Shown piece by piece: positions 37,037 to 47,262 of a stretch of 64,000 nt of DNA. The stretch is from the NCBI GenBank assembly GCA_038321865.1, contig JBBQFH010000003.1, positions 32,001-96,000 of the forward strand, given 5' to 3'. The DNA comes from Gemmatimonadales bacterium (GTDB lineage Bacteria > Gemmatimonadota > Gemmatimonadetes > Gemmatimonadales > GWC2-71-9). Position 1 is the first letter of the stretch, and each line of letters opens with the position of its first letter. The notes below the pieces were generated by a model. It was given only the letters and a program-made list of their open reading frames with translations. It had not been told where the DNA came from and did not search any database. The position numbers and the translations under genes are program-made.

Positions 37037-38421
37037 CGGACCTGGCTGCCGTGCTCGCGCACCTCGAGGGACGGCACGACCGGATCCTCGGGGAACTGAT
37101 CGAGTTCGCCGGGATCCCGAGCGTCAGCACCGATCCCGCCCACGCGGCCGACGTCGGCGCCGCGGCGGCATGGGTCGCGGCAAAACTCGAGTCCGCGGGG
37201 CCGTTCACGGTGCGGACGATCGCCACGCCCGGTGCGAGCGTCGTATATGCCGAATGGCTCGGCGCGCCGGGCGCACCGACGGTGCTCATCTACGGCCACT
37301 ACGACGTGCAACCGGCGGACCCGCTCGAGCTGTGGGACAGCCCGCCGTTCGAACCCACGCTGCGCGATGGCCGGCTGTACGCGCGCGGCGCGTCGGACGA
37401 CAAGGGACCGATGCTGATTCCCATCAAGGTCGCCGAGGCATTCTTCGCCGCACAGGGCGGCCTGCCGATCAACGTGAAGTTCATGATCGAGGGCGAGGAG
37501 GAAACCGGGAGCCCCAACCTCGAGCCGTTCGTCGCGGAGCACCGCGAGCTCCTCGCCGCCGACGTGGTGATCTCGGCCGACGGCGGGATGTGGCGCATCG
37601 ACGAGCCGTCGCTCACCGTCGCGAACCGGGGGCTGGCGGGGCTGGAGCTCACGCTCCGCGGGCCGGCCAAGGACCTGCACTCGGGGCGGCATGGCGGCAG
37701 CGTCCCCAACCCGCTCCATGCGATGGCGAGCCTCATCGCGTCGCTGCACCAACCGGACGGCCGGGTGGCGGTCGCCGGCTTCTACGACCGGGTGCGCGAG
37801 CTGAGCCCGGCCGAGCGCGCCGAGCTCGCGGCGCTGCCGTTCGACGAGGCGGCGTATCTCCGGCAGGTGGGCGCGACCGCGCCCGTCGGCGAGGCGGGCT
37901 ACACCACGCTCGAGCGCCAGTGGACCCGGCCCACGCTGGAAGTGAATGGGATGTGGGGCGGGTACCAGGGCCCGGGACAGAAGACGGTGGTTCCGTCGGT
38001 GGCGCACGCCAAGATCACCTGCCGCCTGGTGCCGGACCAGGAGCCGGACGAGATCGTGGCGCTGGTGGCGCGCCACCTCGAGAGTCACGTGCCGGAGGGC
38101 ACCCGGCTCACCATCGCCCCCGGCGATCATGGGGCGCGGGCGTTTCATATCGGACGGGATAACCGCACGCTCAAGGCGGCGGAGGCGGCGCTCGAGGCGA
38201 CCTACGGCGTCGCTCCGCTCATCGTCCGCATGGGCGGCACCGTGCCCGTCGCGGAGATCTTTCAACGTCTCATGGGGCTCGACACCGTGTACTTCTCGTT
38301 CTCGACCGGCGATGAGGACTTCCACGCACCGAACGAGTTCTTCCGGGTGCACCGCCTCCACGAGGGCCTCGCCGCGTGGGCCCGGCTGTGGGACGGGCTC
38401 GGCGCGGGCGCTGCGCGATGA
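37033..38421 (+). CDS. M20 family dipeptidase
   Basis: YGHYDVQP, RGASDDKG, EGEEE, HAPNE. Confidence 0.92.
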   Translation: MTDLAAVLAHLEGRHDRILGELIEFAGIPSVSTDPAHAADVGAAAAWVAAKLESAGPFTVRTIATPGASVVYAEWLGAPGAPTVLIYGHYDVQPADPLELWDSPPFEPTLRDGRLYARGASDDKGPMLIPIKVAEAFFAAQGGLPINVKFMIEGEEETGSPNLEPFVAEHRELLAADVVISADGGMWRIDEPSLTVANRGLAGLELTLRGPAKDLHSGRHGGSVPNPLHAMASLIASLHQPDGRVAVAGFYDRVRELSPAERAELAALPFDEAAYLRQVGATAPVGEAGYTTLERQWTRPTLEVNGMWGGYQGPGQKTVVPSVAHAKITCRLVPDQEPDEIVALVARHLESHVPEGTRLTIAPGDHGARAFHIGRDNRTLKAAEAALEATYGVAPLIVRMGGTVPVAEIFQRLMGLDTVYFSFSTGDEDFHAPNEFFRVHRLHEGLAAWARLWDGLGAGAAR

Positions 38422-39845
38422 CGCTCGCCCAGGAGGAAGCCCGCATCGAGGCGCACAGCGCCGTGCTCAAGAAGGAGCTCGGCGTCCGCGACCTCGCCCT
38501 CACGCAGATCCTGTTCATCATCGGCCTTACCTGGATCGGCGTAGCCGGCAAGCTCGGGCCGTCGCACGTGGTGCTGTGGCTCCTCGCCATCGTGCTGTTC
38601 TATCTGCCGATGGCCGCGGTGGTGATCTATCTCAGCCAGCGGATGCCGCTCGAGGGCGGGCTCTACCAGTGGGCCAAGCTGGGGTTCAACCCGGTCGTCG
38701 GCTTCCTGCTGGCGTGGAACCTGTGGCTGTACGTGATCGTCTACACATCGGAGATCGGCATCCAGTGCGCCACGTACCTGGCGTACGCGCTCGGGCCCAG
38801 CGCCGCGTGGATGACGTCGAGCACCTGGTTCGTCGCGCTCTCCTCGGCGGTGATCCTGACGCTGATGGCCGTGGCCGCGACCGTCGGGCTGGCGGTCGGC
38901 AAGTGGGTGCACGGCATCGGCGGTGTGTTCATGCTCATCATCTTCGCCGTGCTGATGGCGCTGCCGTTCATCGGACTGGCGACCGGTCATCTTCGGGAAT
39001 TCCATCCGTTCCGCACCACCATCCCCGCGTTCTCCCTCTTCAACCTCAACATTCTGGGAAAGATGGGGTTCGGGGCGCTGGGCGGCTTCGAGTACATCGC
39101 CATTCTCGCCGGCGAGACCCGCGCCCCCGCCAGCGCGGTGCGGCGCTCGGTGTACATCGCGGCGCCGGCGATCGCCGTCATGTTCATCATGGGCACCGCC
39201 ACGGTGGTGGCCTACGTCCCGGCCGCCGACATCGACCTGGTCGGACCGATGCCGCAGGTGCTGCGGGTCGGCTTCGGGCCATTTGGCATCGCGGGCCCGC
39301 TGGTGACCATCGCGATCCTCATGACGCTGGCGATGCGGGTGGCCCAGGTGAGCGTGAGCTTCACGGCGGTCACGCGGTTGCCGATGGTGGCCGGCTGGGA
39401 CCGTCTGCTGCCGGCCGCGTTCAGCAAGCTGCATCCGCGCTTTCGGACGCCGGTGAACTCGATCCTGCTGGTGGCGGTGTGCTCCTTTATCATTTCGCTG
39501 GTGAGCCTGATCGGCGTCGGCCAGGCGGAGGCATTCCAGCTGCTGTTCAACGCCGGGGGCACCTTCTACGCGCTGGCGTACGTGGTGATGTTCGCGATAC
39601 CCTTGTTCGGGCTCCGGGGCGTGACGCCGCGGCCGTCGCCGTGGCTGCGTATCGCGTCGCTGTCCGGGCTGTTGATGACGCTGCTCTACATCGTGTTGTC
39701 GGTGTTCCCGATCATCAAGGTGGAGAATGTGACGGGATTCGCCCTGAAGATCGTGTCGATGATTGTGGTGATGAACCTGGTGGGTGTCGGAATTCTCCTC
39801 GCCGCGCGGCGGCGATCCCAATTGCCGGTAGAAATGGGGGCATGA
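38418..39845 (+). CDS. APC family amino acid permease
   Basis: EGGLYQW, GFEYIAILAGE, many transmembrane segments. Confidence 0.9.
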   Translation: MTLAQEEARIEAHSAVLKKELGVRDLALTQILFIIGLTWIGVAGKLGPSHVVLWLLAIVLFYLPMAAVVIYLSQRMPLEGGLYQWAKLGFNPVVGFLLAWNLWLYVIVYTSEIGIQCATYLAYALGPSAAWMTSSTWFVALSSAVILTLMAVAATVGLAVGKWVHGIGGVFMLIIFAVLMALPFIGLATGHLREFHPFRTTIPAFSLFNLNILGKMGFGALGGFEYIAILAGETRAPASAVRRSVYIAAPAIAVMFIMGTATVVAYVPAADIDLVGPMPQVLRVGFGPFGIAGPLVTIAILMTLAMRVAQVSVSFTAVTRLPMVAGWDRLLPAAFSKLHPRFRTPVNSILLVAVCSFIISLVSLIGVGQAEAFQLLFNAGGTFYALAYVVMFAIPLFGLRGVTPRPSPWLRIASLSGLLMTLLYIVLSVFPIIKVENVTGFALKIVSMIVVMNLVGVGILLAARRRSQLPVEMGA

Positions 39846-39846
39846 G

Positions 39847-41946
39847 ATGATGCATATGGGGTCCCGCACGCGCGGGCTGATCGTTTTCCTGGTGCTGGCG
39901 CTGGCGACGGGCGCTGGCGCGGCCCATCGCCCGGCCGCCACCCTTGCCGGCGAATGGGACGTCTACATCGCCCTCAGCGCGCGGCCGCATTCGGGCTTCG
40001 AGGGGTGGCGCCGGATGGGTTTCGCGCACTTCGCGGGAACTGATTCGGCCAATGTTGGCTGGCTGCGCCGCCGTACCGGCCAGCCGATGCTGACGGTCAC
40101 CAGCGTCGCCGCCACCGGCGACTCGGTGCGGCTGACGCAGGACGCCCGCGTGATCATGCGCGCGGCCTGGCACGGCGACACGCTGGTCGGCGTGCAGTTC
40201 GTCAACGGCAAGGCGGCGGATCGGCGGTACCGCCTCGTCCGCCGGGCCACACCGGGCGTGGTCGAGCACGATTACCAGGTGTGGACGATGGCGGCCTCCG
40301 ACTCGCAGTACGCCGTGACGATCGACTCCACGATCCTGATGCCGACGCGCGACGGGGCGAAGCTGGAGACGTACCTCGTCCGGCCGGTGGGGCCCGGACC
40401 GTTCGGGGTCGTCATGCAGCGCTCGCCCTATCGCGCCACCAACCCCGGCGGCGGAAGCTGGTGGGCCTCGCGCGGCTACATCTACATCGGGCAGTTGACG
40501 CGTGGTCGCGGGAAGTCGAGCGGTGACGTGGCGGACTTCGGGGACTACAGCACCGATATCCAGGATGGATACGACGCGGTCGAGTGGGCGGCCCGGCTCC
40601 CCGGGGCCAACGGCAAGGTCGGATTGATCGGGCATTCGGACGAGGGTCGCCTGGCCTGGTATGCGGCGGTCAGCGCGCCGCCCCATCTGGCCGCCATCGC
40701 CCCGTCAGCCGCGACCTCCGATCCGTGGCGGATCGTGCCGTACGCGGCCATGGCGTTCGGGCCGATCAACGTGGACTGGGCTTGCCTCATGCGCGGGCGG
40801 GACCTGGATCCGGCCACGGCGGAGCTGGACATCGGCGAGGCGATCACGCATCTGCCTATCGCCACTCTCCCTCAGCGGCTCGGCTGCGGCGACGTACCGC
40901 TCTGGGATCGCTGGATCGCGCATCCCACGCTGGACGCCTACTGGCGGGCGCGCGCCGTCACGACATACATCGACAAGGTCAACGTGCCGGCGATGTCGCT
41001 CGCGGGGTGGCACGATGATTCGCGCGGCCCGCTCGACTATACCGATGCGCTGCTCAAGGTGAAGAACCATCCCGCCTGGCATCTGGTGATGGGCACGCAT
41101 GCGCACAAGGGCGTGGACTACGTGGCCGGCGACTTCGGCCCGCAGGCGCGCTACTCCTATCGCGACCTGCAGCTCCGCTGGTTCGACCACTACCTGCTCG
41201 GCCGCGCCAACGGCGTGGACCGGCTGCCGCCGGTGGACATCTTCGTCCAGGGCGACAACACCTGGCGCAAGGAGAACGAGTGGCCGCTGAAGCGGGCGCG
41301 GGCCACCAAATGGTACGTGTCGTCGGGTGGAGCGGCGCAGACCAGCGCGGGCAACGGTGTGCTCGATACGCTGCCGCCACGGGGTGCTGTCGCCGACACC
41401 TACACCTACGATCCCGCCGATCCGACGCCCTATCTCATCGATTCGCGCGAGCTCGAGGAATCGCTCAACGAGGACTACACGGCGCTGAACGCGAGCCGGC
41501 GTGACGCGCTGGTGTTCACCTCGCGGCCGCTCACCCGTCCGCTCGAGGTCACCGGCGAGATGTCGGCGACGCTCTGGGCCTCGAGCGACGCCCGCGATAC
41601 CGACTGGGCCATCATGCTGCTCGACGTCTTTCCGGATGGCCACGCCGAGCGGGTGCAGGACGGCTTCGCCAGGGCGCGGTTTCGACAGGGGATGGACCGC
41701 GAGGTGCCGCTGGTGCCGGGGCGGGTCGAGCGTTACGACATCGACCTGTGGTTCACGTCGAAGGTCTTCCAGCCCGGCCATCGGCTCCGGGTCAGCATCT
41801 CGTCGGCGCTGTTTCCCAAGTATGACCGGAACCTGAACACCGGCGGGAACAACGAGCGGGACTCGACGTTCGTGGTCGCGCACCAGCGGCTACTCCACGA
41901 CGCGGCGCACCCGACGCACGTGGTGCTGCCGGTCGTACCGCGGTAG
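39847..41946 (+). CDS. CocE/NonD family hydrolase, secreted
   Basis: PTRDG, RGRGKS, DGYDAVEW, GHSDEG nucleophile elbow, PepX-like C-terminus. Confidence 0.9.
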   Translation: MMHMGSRTRGLIVFLVLALATGAGAAHRPAATLAGEWDVYIALSARPHSGFEGWRRMGFAHFAGTDSANVGWLRRRTGQPMLTVTSVAATGDSVRLTQDARVIMRAAWHGDTLVGVQFVNGKAADRRYRLVRRATPGVVEHDYQVWTMAASDSQYAVTIDSTILMPTRDGAKLETYLVRPVGPGPFGVVMQRSPYRATNPGGGSWWASRGYIYIGQLTRGRGKSSGDVADFGDYSTDIQDGYDAVEWAARLPGANGKVGLIGHSDEGRLAWYAAVSAPPHLAAIAPSAATSDPWRIVPYAAMAFGPINVDWACLMRGRDLDPATAELDIGEAITHLPIATLPQRLGCGDVPLWDRWIAHPTLDAYWRARAVTTYIDKVNVPAMSLAGWHDDSRGPLDYTDALLKVKNHPAWHLVMGTHAHKGVDYVAGDFGPQARYSYRDLQLRWFDHYLLGRANGVDRLPPVDIFVQGDNTWRKENEWPLKRARATKWYVSSGGAAQTSAGNGVLDTLPPRGAVADTYTYDPADPTPYLIDSRELEESLNEDYTALNASRRDALVFTSRPLTRPLEVTGEMSATLWASSDARDTDWAIMLLDVFPDGHAERVQDGFARARFRQGMDREVPLVPGRVERYDIDLWFTSKVFQPGHRLRVSISSALFPKYDRNLNTGGNNERDSTFVVAHQRLLHDAAHPTHVVLPVVPR

Positions 41947-42038
41947 GGAGGAGCCCGATTAATGGCGAGTGCCGTCCGCGGGGCGCTCACGCTGACGCTG
42001 TTCCTGGGCCTTCCCCGCGCGGGCGCAGCACCCCGTCC

Positions 42039-42581
42039 ATGAGCTCCATTGACCTGCAGCCCGTCCTGAAGGGCGAGCTGCTCGAGCTCAGGCCGCTTCG
42101 GGCCGAGGATTTCGACGCGCTGTTCGCGGTGGCGGCGGATCCATTCATCTGGGAGCAGCATCCGGCCGCCGATCGGTATCGGGAAGACGTGTTCCGTGCA
42201 TTTTTCCGTGAGGCGATGGAGTCAGGCGGTGGGCTGCTCGTCACCGATGCCCGGGACGGCACCGTCATCGGGTCGTCCCGTTATCACGGGCACGACGCGG
42301 CGAGACGGGAGCTCGAAATCGGCTGGACCTTTCTGGCCCGGCAGTACTGGGGCGGCCGCTACAACGGCGAGATGAAGCGGCTCATGCTGGACCACGCCTT
42401 TGGCTTCGTCGACCGCGTGCTCTTCCTGGTCGGCCCGCACAATCTGCGCTCGCAGCGCGCCGTGGAAAAGCTCGGCGCGCGCCGCGCCGGATCGAGGTTC
42501 GCCCCGGACGGGCGGGAGAGCGTGGTCTTCGAGATTACCGAAGCCGATCGGATCCAGGCCACCCCGGCGCATGGGCACTGA
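42039..42581 (+). CDS. RimJ/RimL-type GNAT acetyltransferase
   Basis: EIGWTFL, NLRSQRAVEKLGA. Confidence 0.9.
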   Translation: MSSIDLQPVLKGELLELRPLRAEDFDALFAVAADPFIWEQHPAADRYREDVFRAFFREAMESGGGLLVTDARDGTVIGSSRYHGHDAARRELEIGWTFLARQYWGGRYNGEMKRLMLDHAFGFVDRVLFLVGPHNLRSQRAVEKLGARRAGSRFAPDGRESVVFEITEADRIQATPAHGH

Positions 42582-43008
42582 GATCCGCCTGTTGCGGCCG
42601 GAAGATGCCCACGTGCTCGAGCGCGTCGCGCCGGAGGTCTTCGACCGGCCGGTCGATCTTCTCTGGAGCACCGAGTTCCTGGCCGATGCACGCCATCACC
42701 TCGCCGTGGCGATCGACGACGGCCTCGTGGTCGGCATGGCTACTGGCGTCCACTACGTCAATCCTGACAAGGCGCCCGAGCTCTGGATCAACGAGGTCGG
42801 GGTCGCAGCCAGCCACCGCCGACTCGGCATCGGTGCAGGGCTGCTCGACGCGCTGTTCTGCCGGGGCCGGGAACTCGGCTGCCGGCAGGCGTGGGTGCTT
42901 GCCGACCAGTCGAACACCGTCGCGCACAGGCTGTACGCCGGCAGCGGAGGCCGTGCGTCGGCGGAGCCAGCCATCATGTTCGAGTTCGGACTGCAGGACG
43001 CCTGCTGA
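42571..43008 (+). CDS. GNAT acetyltransferase
   Basis: INEVGV..HRRLGIG..N..AHRLY. Confidence 0.88.
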   Translation: MGTEIRLLRPEDAHVLERVAPEVFDRPVDLLWSTEFLADARHHLAVAIDDGLVVGMATGVHYVNPDKAPELWINEVGVAASHRRLGIGAGLLDALFCRGRELGCRQAWVLADQSNTVAHRLYAGSGGRASAEPAIMFEFGLQDAC

Positions 43009-43053
43009 GGTGAGCGCCGGGAGTGACTGATGGAACCCGAAGCGAGCTGACGA

Positions 43054-43389
43054 ATGCACACACCGTTCCGCTCCAGCTGCGAAATTGCGATCGAGGTGGC
43101 CGACCTCGACCGGGCGGAGGCGTTCTATACGTCGGCCTTCGGCTTCCGGCTTGTCGCCCGGACGGACGAATATCTGGAGTTCGACACCGGGGTCCTGCGG
43201 TTGTTCGTCAAGCCGGCGCCCGTCCCCCTGGCCGCGGTGGTGCCGTCGTTCGACGTTGCCGATGCGGCTGCGGCGCGATCCCGGCTCGAGGCGGCGGGTT
43301 GCACCGTCGAGCGGGTGTCGCCGGATGGACGGGGCTTTTACGTCCGCGACCCGTTCGGGCTGACATACGACATCATCGAGCGAACGTAG
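43054..43389 (+). CDS. VOC family protein
   Basis: VADLDRAEAFY..FGF, RDPFG. Confidence 0.85.
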   Translation: MHTPFRSSCEIAIEVADLDRAEAFYTSAFGFRLVARTDEYLEFDTGVLRLFVKPAPVPLAAVVPSFDVADAAAARSRLEAAGCTVERVSPDGRGFYVRDPFGLTYDIIERT

Positions 43390-43419
43390 AGAATTCCTGT
43401 GATACGTGGCGAACGCCGA

Positions 43420-43899
43420 ATGACTCCTTTACGCGTGGTAATCGCGTCGCTGACCTGTTCGATCGCCTGCAACGGCGGCCCTGATCCGCTGGCCGTGGTG
43501 ACGCCGCCGGCCGGGCTCACCTACGCCTATGCGGCGCCGAGCTGTGCGCCGTGGGATGGCTATGCGGTGAGCCTGGTGCTCCGCGTCGACTCACTCGCCG
43601 ATTCGGTGAGCGCGATCGAGGGCGGGACGGGCGCCGCGCTGCAGCTGGCGATCTATCCTCGCGCGGCCGGTGGACTGGTGCCGGGAACCTACGAGTGGCC
43701 GGCCAATCCCGATGTGGCCGGCGGGGCGCGATGCGAAAGCGGAAGTTGCACAGCGCTCCCGCGCGGCGCGATCACGATTCGGCGGATAGGCGGCGATCAA
43801 TCGCTCGAGGGATCGATCGTCATCTGGCCGGCCAGCGGCGCGCCGGTGCACGGCGGATTCCGCGCGGCGTGGCGGCCGCGCCAGGCGTTGTGCGGCTAG
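43420..43899 (+). CDS. Hypothetical lipoprotein
   Basis: SIAC lipobox, CAPWDG. Confidence 0.65.
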   Translation: MTPLRVVIASLTCSIACNGGPDPLAVVTPPAGLTYAYAAPSCAPWDGYAVSLVLRVDSLADSVSAIEGGTGAALQLAIYPRAAGGLVPGTYEWPANPDVAGGARCESGSCTALPRGAITIRRIGGDQSLEGSIVIWPASGAPVHGGFRAAWRPRQALCG

Positions 43900-44405
43900 T
43901 GCGGGAGCTCTCGTCTCGGCAGACCTTTCTGGTCAAATGGATCGTTCCGCCGGCCTGGATCGGGGCCTTCGGGAGCGCGACCATCGCGTTGTGGTACGGT
44001 GCGACCGCGGTGCCGCTCACCGACACCAGGCTCAGATGGCTGTTCCCGGTGGTCTGGCTCCTGGGCTCCCTGTTCATCTACCTCAACTGCGTGCGCCTCA
44101 AGCGGGTTCGGCTGGACGGGTCCACGCTGCTGGTCTCCGATTACCGGCGCGAGATCCGCATTCCGCTGCGCGATGTCGAAGCCGTGACCGAGCTCCGCTG
44201 GGTCAACATTCATCCGGTGACACTGCACCTGCGGCGGCCATCGGACTTCGGCGAGCGGATCGTCTTCATGCCGCCGACGCGCTGGTTCATGGGCTGGCTG
44301 CCGCATCCGCTCGTGCAGGAGCTGCGGGACCTGGTGCACCAGGAACGTCTCGAAGCCATCCATCCGTCGGCACCTCCGCCTCAGCGGCCGCTCGGCGCCG
44401 GCTGA
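43899..44405 (+). CDS. Hypothetical membrane protein
   Basis: Two transmembrane segments then a soluble domain; GTG start coupled to the upstream stop. Confidence 0.65.
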   Translation: MRELSSRQTFLVKWIVPPAWIGAFGSATIALWYGATAVPLTDTRLRWLFPVVWLLGSLFIYLNCVRLKRVRLDGSTLLVSDYRREIRIPLRDVEAVTELRWVNIHPVTLHLRRPSDFGERIVFMPPTRWFMGWLPHPLVQELRDLVHQERLEAIHPSAPPPQRPLGAG

Positions 44406-44749
44406 CCGAACGGATCGCCAAAGAGATCGTCCTCGGACACCACGTAGCGGGTCAGCGGGTGCAACCGGAGCCGCCGCACGAATCTGGGCGGCAGGCCGTA
44501 CAGCCGTATCCGACCGGTACCCCGCCGCTCGGCGTCGCGGCACAGGTCCCACAGGCACGCCGCGGCCGCGGGATCGACAGCCGACACCGCCTCACACCGC
44601 AGGATGATGAACTGGGCGTCGGCGCCGACGCGGTCGAGCACGTAGCGAACGTGCTCGACCGCGCTCACGTCGAGCGGGCCGGCGATGCGGAGGGGAAAGG
44701 TGTGGTCCAGGCGGCGTCGGGCCAGCGAAAGCGCGGCGGGTTCTGACAT
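44381..44749 (-). CDS. STAS-domain protein
   Basis: LRIAGPLD, VSAVD, IRLYGL; directly downstream of phoR. Confidence 0.7.
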   Translation of the reverse strand: MSEPAALSLARRRLDHTFPLRIAGPLDVSAVEHVRYVLDRVGADAQFIILRCEAVSAVDPAAAACLWDLCRDAERRGTGRIRLYGLPPRFVRRLRLHPLTRYVVSEDDLFGDPFGQPAPSGR

Positions 44750-44771
44750 GCCGCGAAGATGGGCGGGCTCG

Positions 44772-44810
44772 GTCACGGCTGGCCCCGCGTCATGTAACGC
44801 GAGCGCAACG
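44772..44810 (-). promoter_or_regulatory. Putative Pho box upstream of the STAS gene
   Basis: GTCACG 44772, GTAACG 44794, GCAACG 44805; same 22+11 spacing as upstream of the porin. Confidence 0.55.
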
Positions 44811-44812
44811 AC

Positions 44813-46522
44813 TCAGGCCGACGGGAACCAGCAGCTGACGGTGGTGCCGCGGCCGCGCTCGCTCGCGGCGGAGACGCGGCCGCCGTGCCCCTCGACGAGG
44901 TGCTTCACGATGGCGAGGCCGAGGCCGGTCCCGCCTTCTTCGCGGGACCGGGACGGGTCCGCGCGGTAGAAGCGCTCGAAGATCCGCGGGAGGTGGTCGC
45001 GGCTGATGCCCTGACCGTCGTCCCGCACGCTCAAAGCCACGCCGCCCGCCTCGGCGGCGGCACGGCAGACGATCCGCCCGCCGTCCGGCGAGTAGCGGAG
45101 CGAGTTGTCGAGCAGGTTGGTGAGGATCTGGCGGACGGCGTCGCCGTCGGCGGCCAGGGTGACGGCTGTCGGCGCGATCTCGAGCTCGAGGCTGATGCGG
45201 CGCGCCGACGCGCGCTCGGCAAGGGCGCTCCATACCTCGCGCGCAGCGGTGGCAAGGTCGACCGGCTCCCGCTCCGGCTGCCAGCGGCCCGATTCGATGC
45301 GCGAGAGGTCGAGCAGGTCGTCCACCAGCCGCTGCATCCGCCGGGCGTTGTTGAGGATGATGCCCAGAAACCGCTGCGTCGTCTCGGCGTCCGGGTGGTC
45401 GGTGAGGAGCGTCTCCGCGTACCCCGACACCGACGTGAGCGGTGTCTTCAGCTCATGTGACACGTTGGCGACAAAGTCGCGCCGCACCGTTTCGAGCCGG
45501 CGCATCTCGGTGAGCTCGTGCAGCACCAGCACCGCACCGCCGTCCGGCAGCGGACGGGCGTTCAACAGTGCCACCCGGCCGTCGAGCTCGACCTGCTGGT
45601 CCTGGACCGGCTGGCCGGCGAGCACGGCCGTCACGGCCTCGCGGGCCGCTCGAGCGCGGAAGAGCGCGGGGAGCGCGGGGAGCGGCGCATCCGGCGCGTA
45701 GCCCAGCAGCCGGCGCGCCGCGCCGTTGAGGGTGACGATGTTGCCGCGGCGGTCGGCGGCGATCACGCTTTCGACCATCGCCTCGACCACGGCGCCGGAT
45801 TCGGCGCGTTCCCGCCGCAGCAGCTCGAATCGTTCGCCGAGCTGGGCGTGCATGTCCCTGAGCGCGGCGCCCACGGCATCGATGTCGGTGATGCCCGACC
45901 GGGGAATCCGGGGCGCCTCGCCGATGGCGATCGCGTGGGCGGCGGTGCCGATGGCGGCCAGCGGCCGCGCGAATGACCGGGCGGCAACAAGGGCGACCAG
46001 GATGCCGACAAGCAGGGCGATTGCCGCCGCGCCGATGACCGCCCCCTGCGCCTGCCGCACCGTTGCGTTCACGCGGGAGAGATCGCCCGCCACCCGGATG
46101 ACACCGGGCCCGCCCGGCACCGCGACGTACATCAGATCGCGGCCCACGGTTGCGCTGCGGCGGACGGCGGGCTCGCTCCGGCCGGCCAGCGCGGCCCGCA
46201 CCTCCGGCCGGTGGGCGTGGTTTTCGATGGTGGGGGGAAGCGGTCCGGGCGGGAAGTCGCTGTCGGCGCGGACCCGGCCATCGCGGTCCACGACCGTGAC
46301 CCGGTCACCGCTCTCGCTGCCGAGCCGCCGCACGGCGGCCTGCCAGTCGAGTGAATCGGCGGGGAGCGCTGCGCGTACCAGCCGCGCCTCCTGCTCGAGC
46401 GACCGGGCGATGTCGTGCTCGAGGTCGAGACGGAGCGAACGTTCGGCAGCCCAGACCAGCGTGGCGACGGTGATGAAAACGACGAGGGCGATGCCGGCGA
46501 TGAGCCGCCGTGCGAAGGTCAC
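44813..46522 (-). CDS. phoR: Phosphate regulon sensor kinase PhoR
   Basis: ENHAHRPEV, RRDFVANVSHELKTPLT, RIFERFYR, GTGLGLAIVKH. Confidence 0.9.
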   Translation of the reverse strand: MTFARRLIAGIALVVFITVATLVWAAERSLRLDLEHDIARSLEQEARLVRAALPADSLDWQAAVRRLGSESGDRVTVVDRDGRVRADSDFPPGPLPPTIENHAHRPEVRAALAGRSEPAVRRSATVGRDLMYVAVPGGPGVIRVAGDLSRVNATVRQAQGAVIGAAAIALLVGILVALVAARSFARPLAAIGTAAHAIAIGEAPRIPRSGITDIDAVGAALRDMHAQLGERFELLRRERAESGAVVEAMVESVIAADRRGNIVTLNGAARRLLGYAPDAPLPALPALFRARAAREAVTAVLAGQPVQDQQVELDGRVALLNARPLPDGGAVLVLHELTEMRRLETVRRDFVANVSHELKTPLTSVSGYAETLLTDHPDAETTQRFLGIILNNARRMQRLVDDLLDLSRIESGRWQPEREPVDLATAAREVWSALAERASARRISLELEIAPTAVTLAADGDAVRQILTNLLDNSLRYSPDGGRIVCRAAAEAGGVALSVRDDGQGISRDHLPRIFERFYRADPSRSREEGGTGLGLAIVKHLVEGHGGRVSAASERGRGTTVSCWFPSA

Positions 46523-47223
46523 GGCCGCCCGTCGCGCTCGCCGGCCCGGAAGCGATAGCCGAAGCCGCGGACCGTCTCGATCATGTGGCCTTCGGTGCCG
46601 AGCTTGGTGCGGAGCCGCTGCACGTGCATGTCCACCGTTCGCGTCTGGATGTCGGGCTGCGCCTCCCAGACGGTCTCCAGGAGCTGCGGGCGGCTCTGGA
46701 CCCGGCCACGCCGCTCGACGAGGGTGAGGAGCAGCTTGTATTCCGTCGCGGTCAGCGGCAGCTCGTGGCCGTCCATCGCGGCCCGGTGGGCGGCGCGGTC
46801 GATGGTGATCGGGCCGGCACTGAGCGTGGACCCGGCCGACACGGCCGGCGCGGCCAGCCGCCGGAGGATGGCGGCGACGCGGAGCGCCAGCTCGGCCGGA
46901 GAAAAGGGCTTGGTGAGGTAGTCGTCGGCGCCGAGGGAGAGGCCGCGGATGCGGTCGGCCTCCTCGCGGCGGGAGGTGAGGAGGATGACGCCGACGTCCC
47001 GGGTTTCCTCCATGCGACGGAGCTCCGCCAGGACGTCGTAGCCCGACGTGCCCGGGAGCATGAGGTCGAGGATGACGACGTCCGGCCGCTCGGTCCGGGC
47101 GGCGCGGAGCGCCTCGGGGCCCGTGGCCGCGGTGGAGACGCGATATCCGGCCTTGGCCAGATGATACGCGACGAGCGCGGTGATGTCGGGTTCGTCGTCC
47201 ACTACCAGGATACGATGGCTCAT
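46519..47223 (-). CDS. phoB: Phosphate regulon response regulator PhoB
   Basis: OmpR family: ILVVDDE, DLMLP, TRTVDMHVQRLRTKL, IETVRGFGY; paired with phoR. Confidence 0.88.
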   Translation of the reverse strand: MSHRILVVDDEPDITALVAYHLAKAGYRVSTAATGPEALRAARTERPDVVILDLMLPGTSGYDVLAELRRMEETRDVGVILLTSRREEADRIRGLSLGADDYLTKPFSPAELALRVAAILRRLAAPAVSAGSTLSAGPITIDRAAHRAAMDGHELPLTATEYKLLLTLVERRGRVQSRPQLLETVWEAQPDIQTRTVDMHVQRLRTKLGTEGHMIETVRGFGYRFRAGERDGRP

Positions 47224-47262
47224 AGGCGGCGAAACCAATATACCGCCATTATATTTTTTGCC

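Noticed and set aside
41950..42035. GC-rich intergenic segment as a degenerate attC before the GNAT genes
   Set aside because: No R''/R' boxes of either type and no convincing L-box pairing
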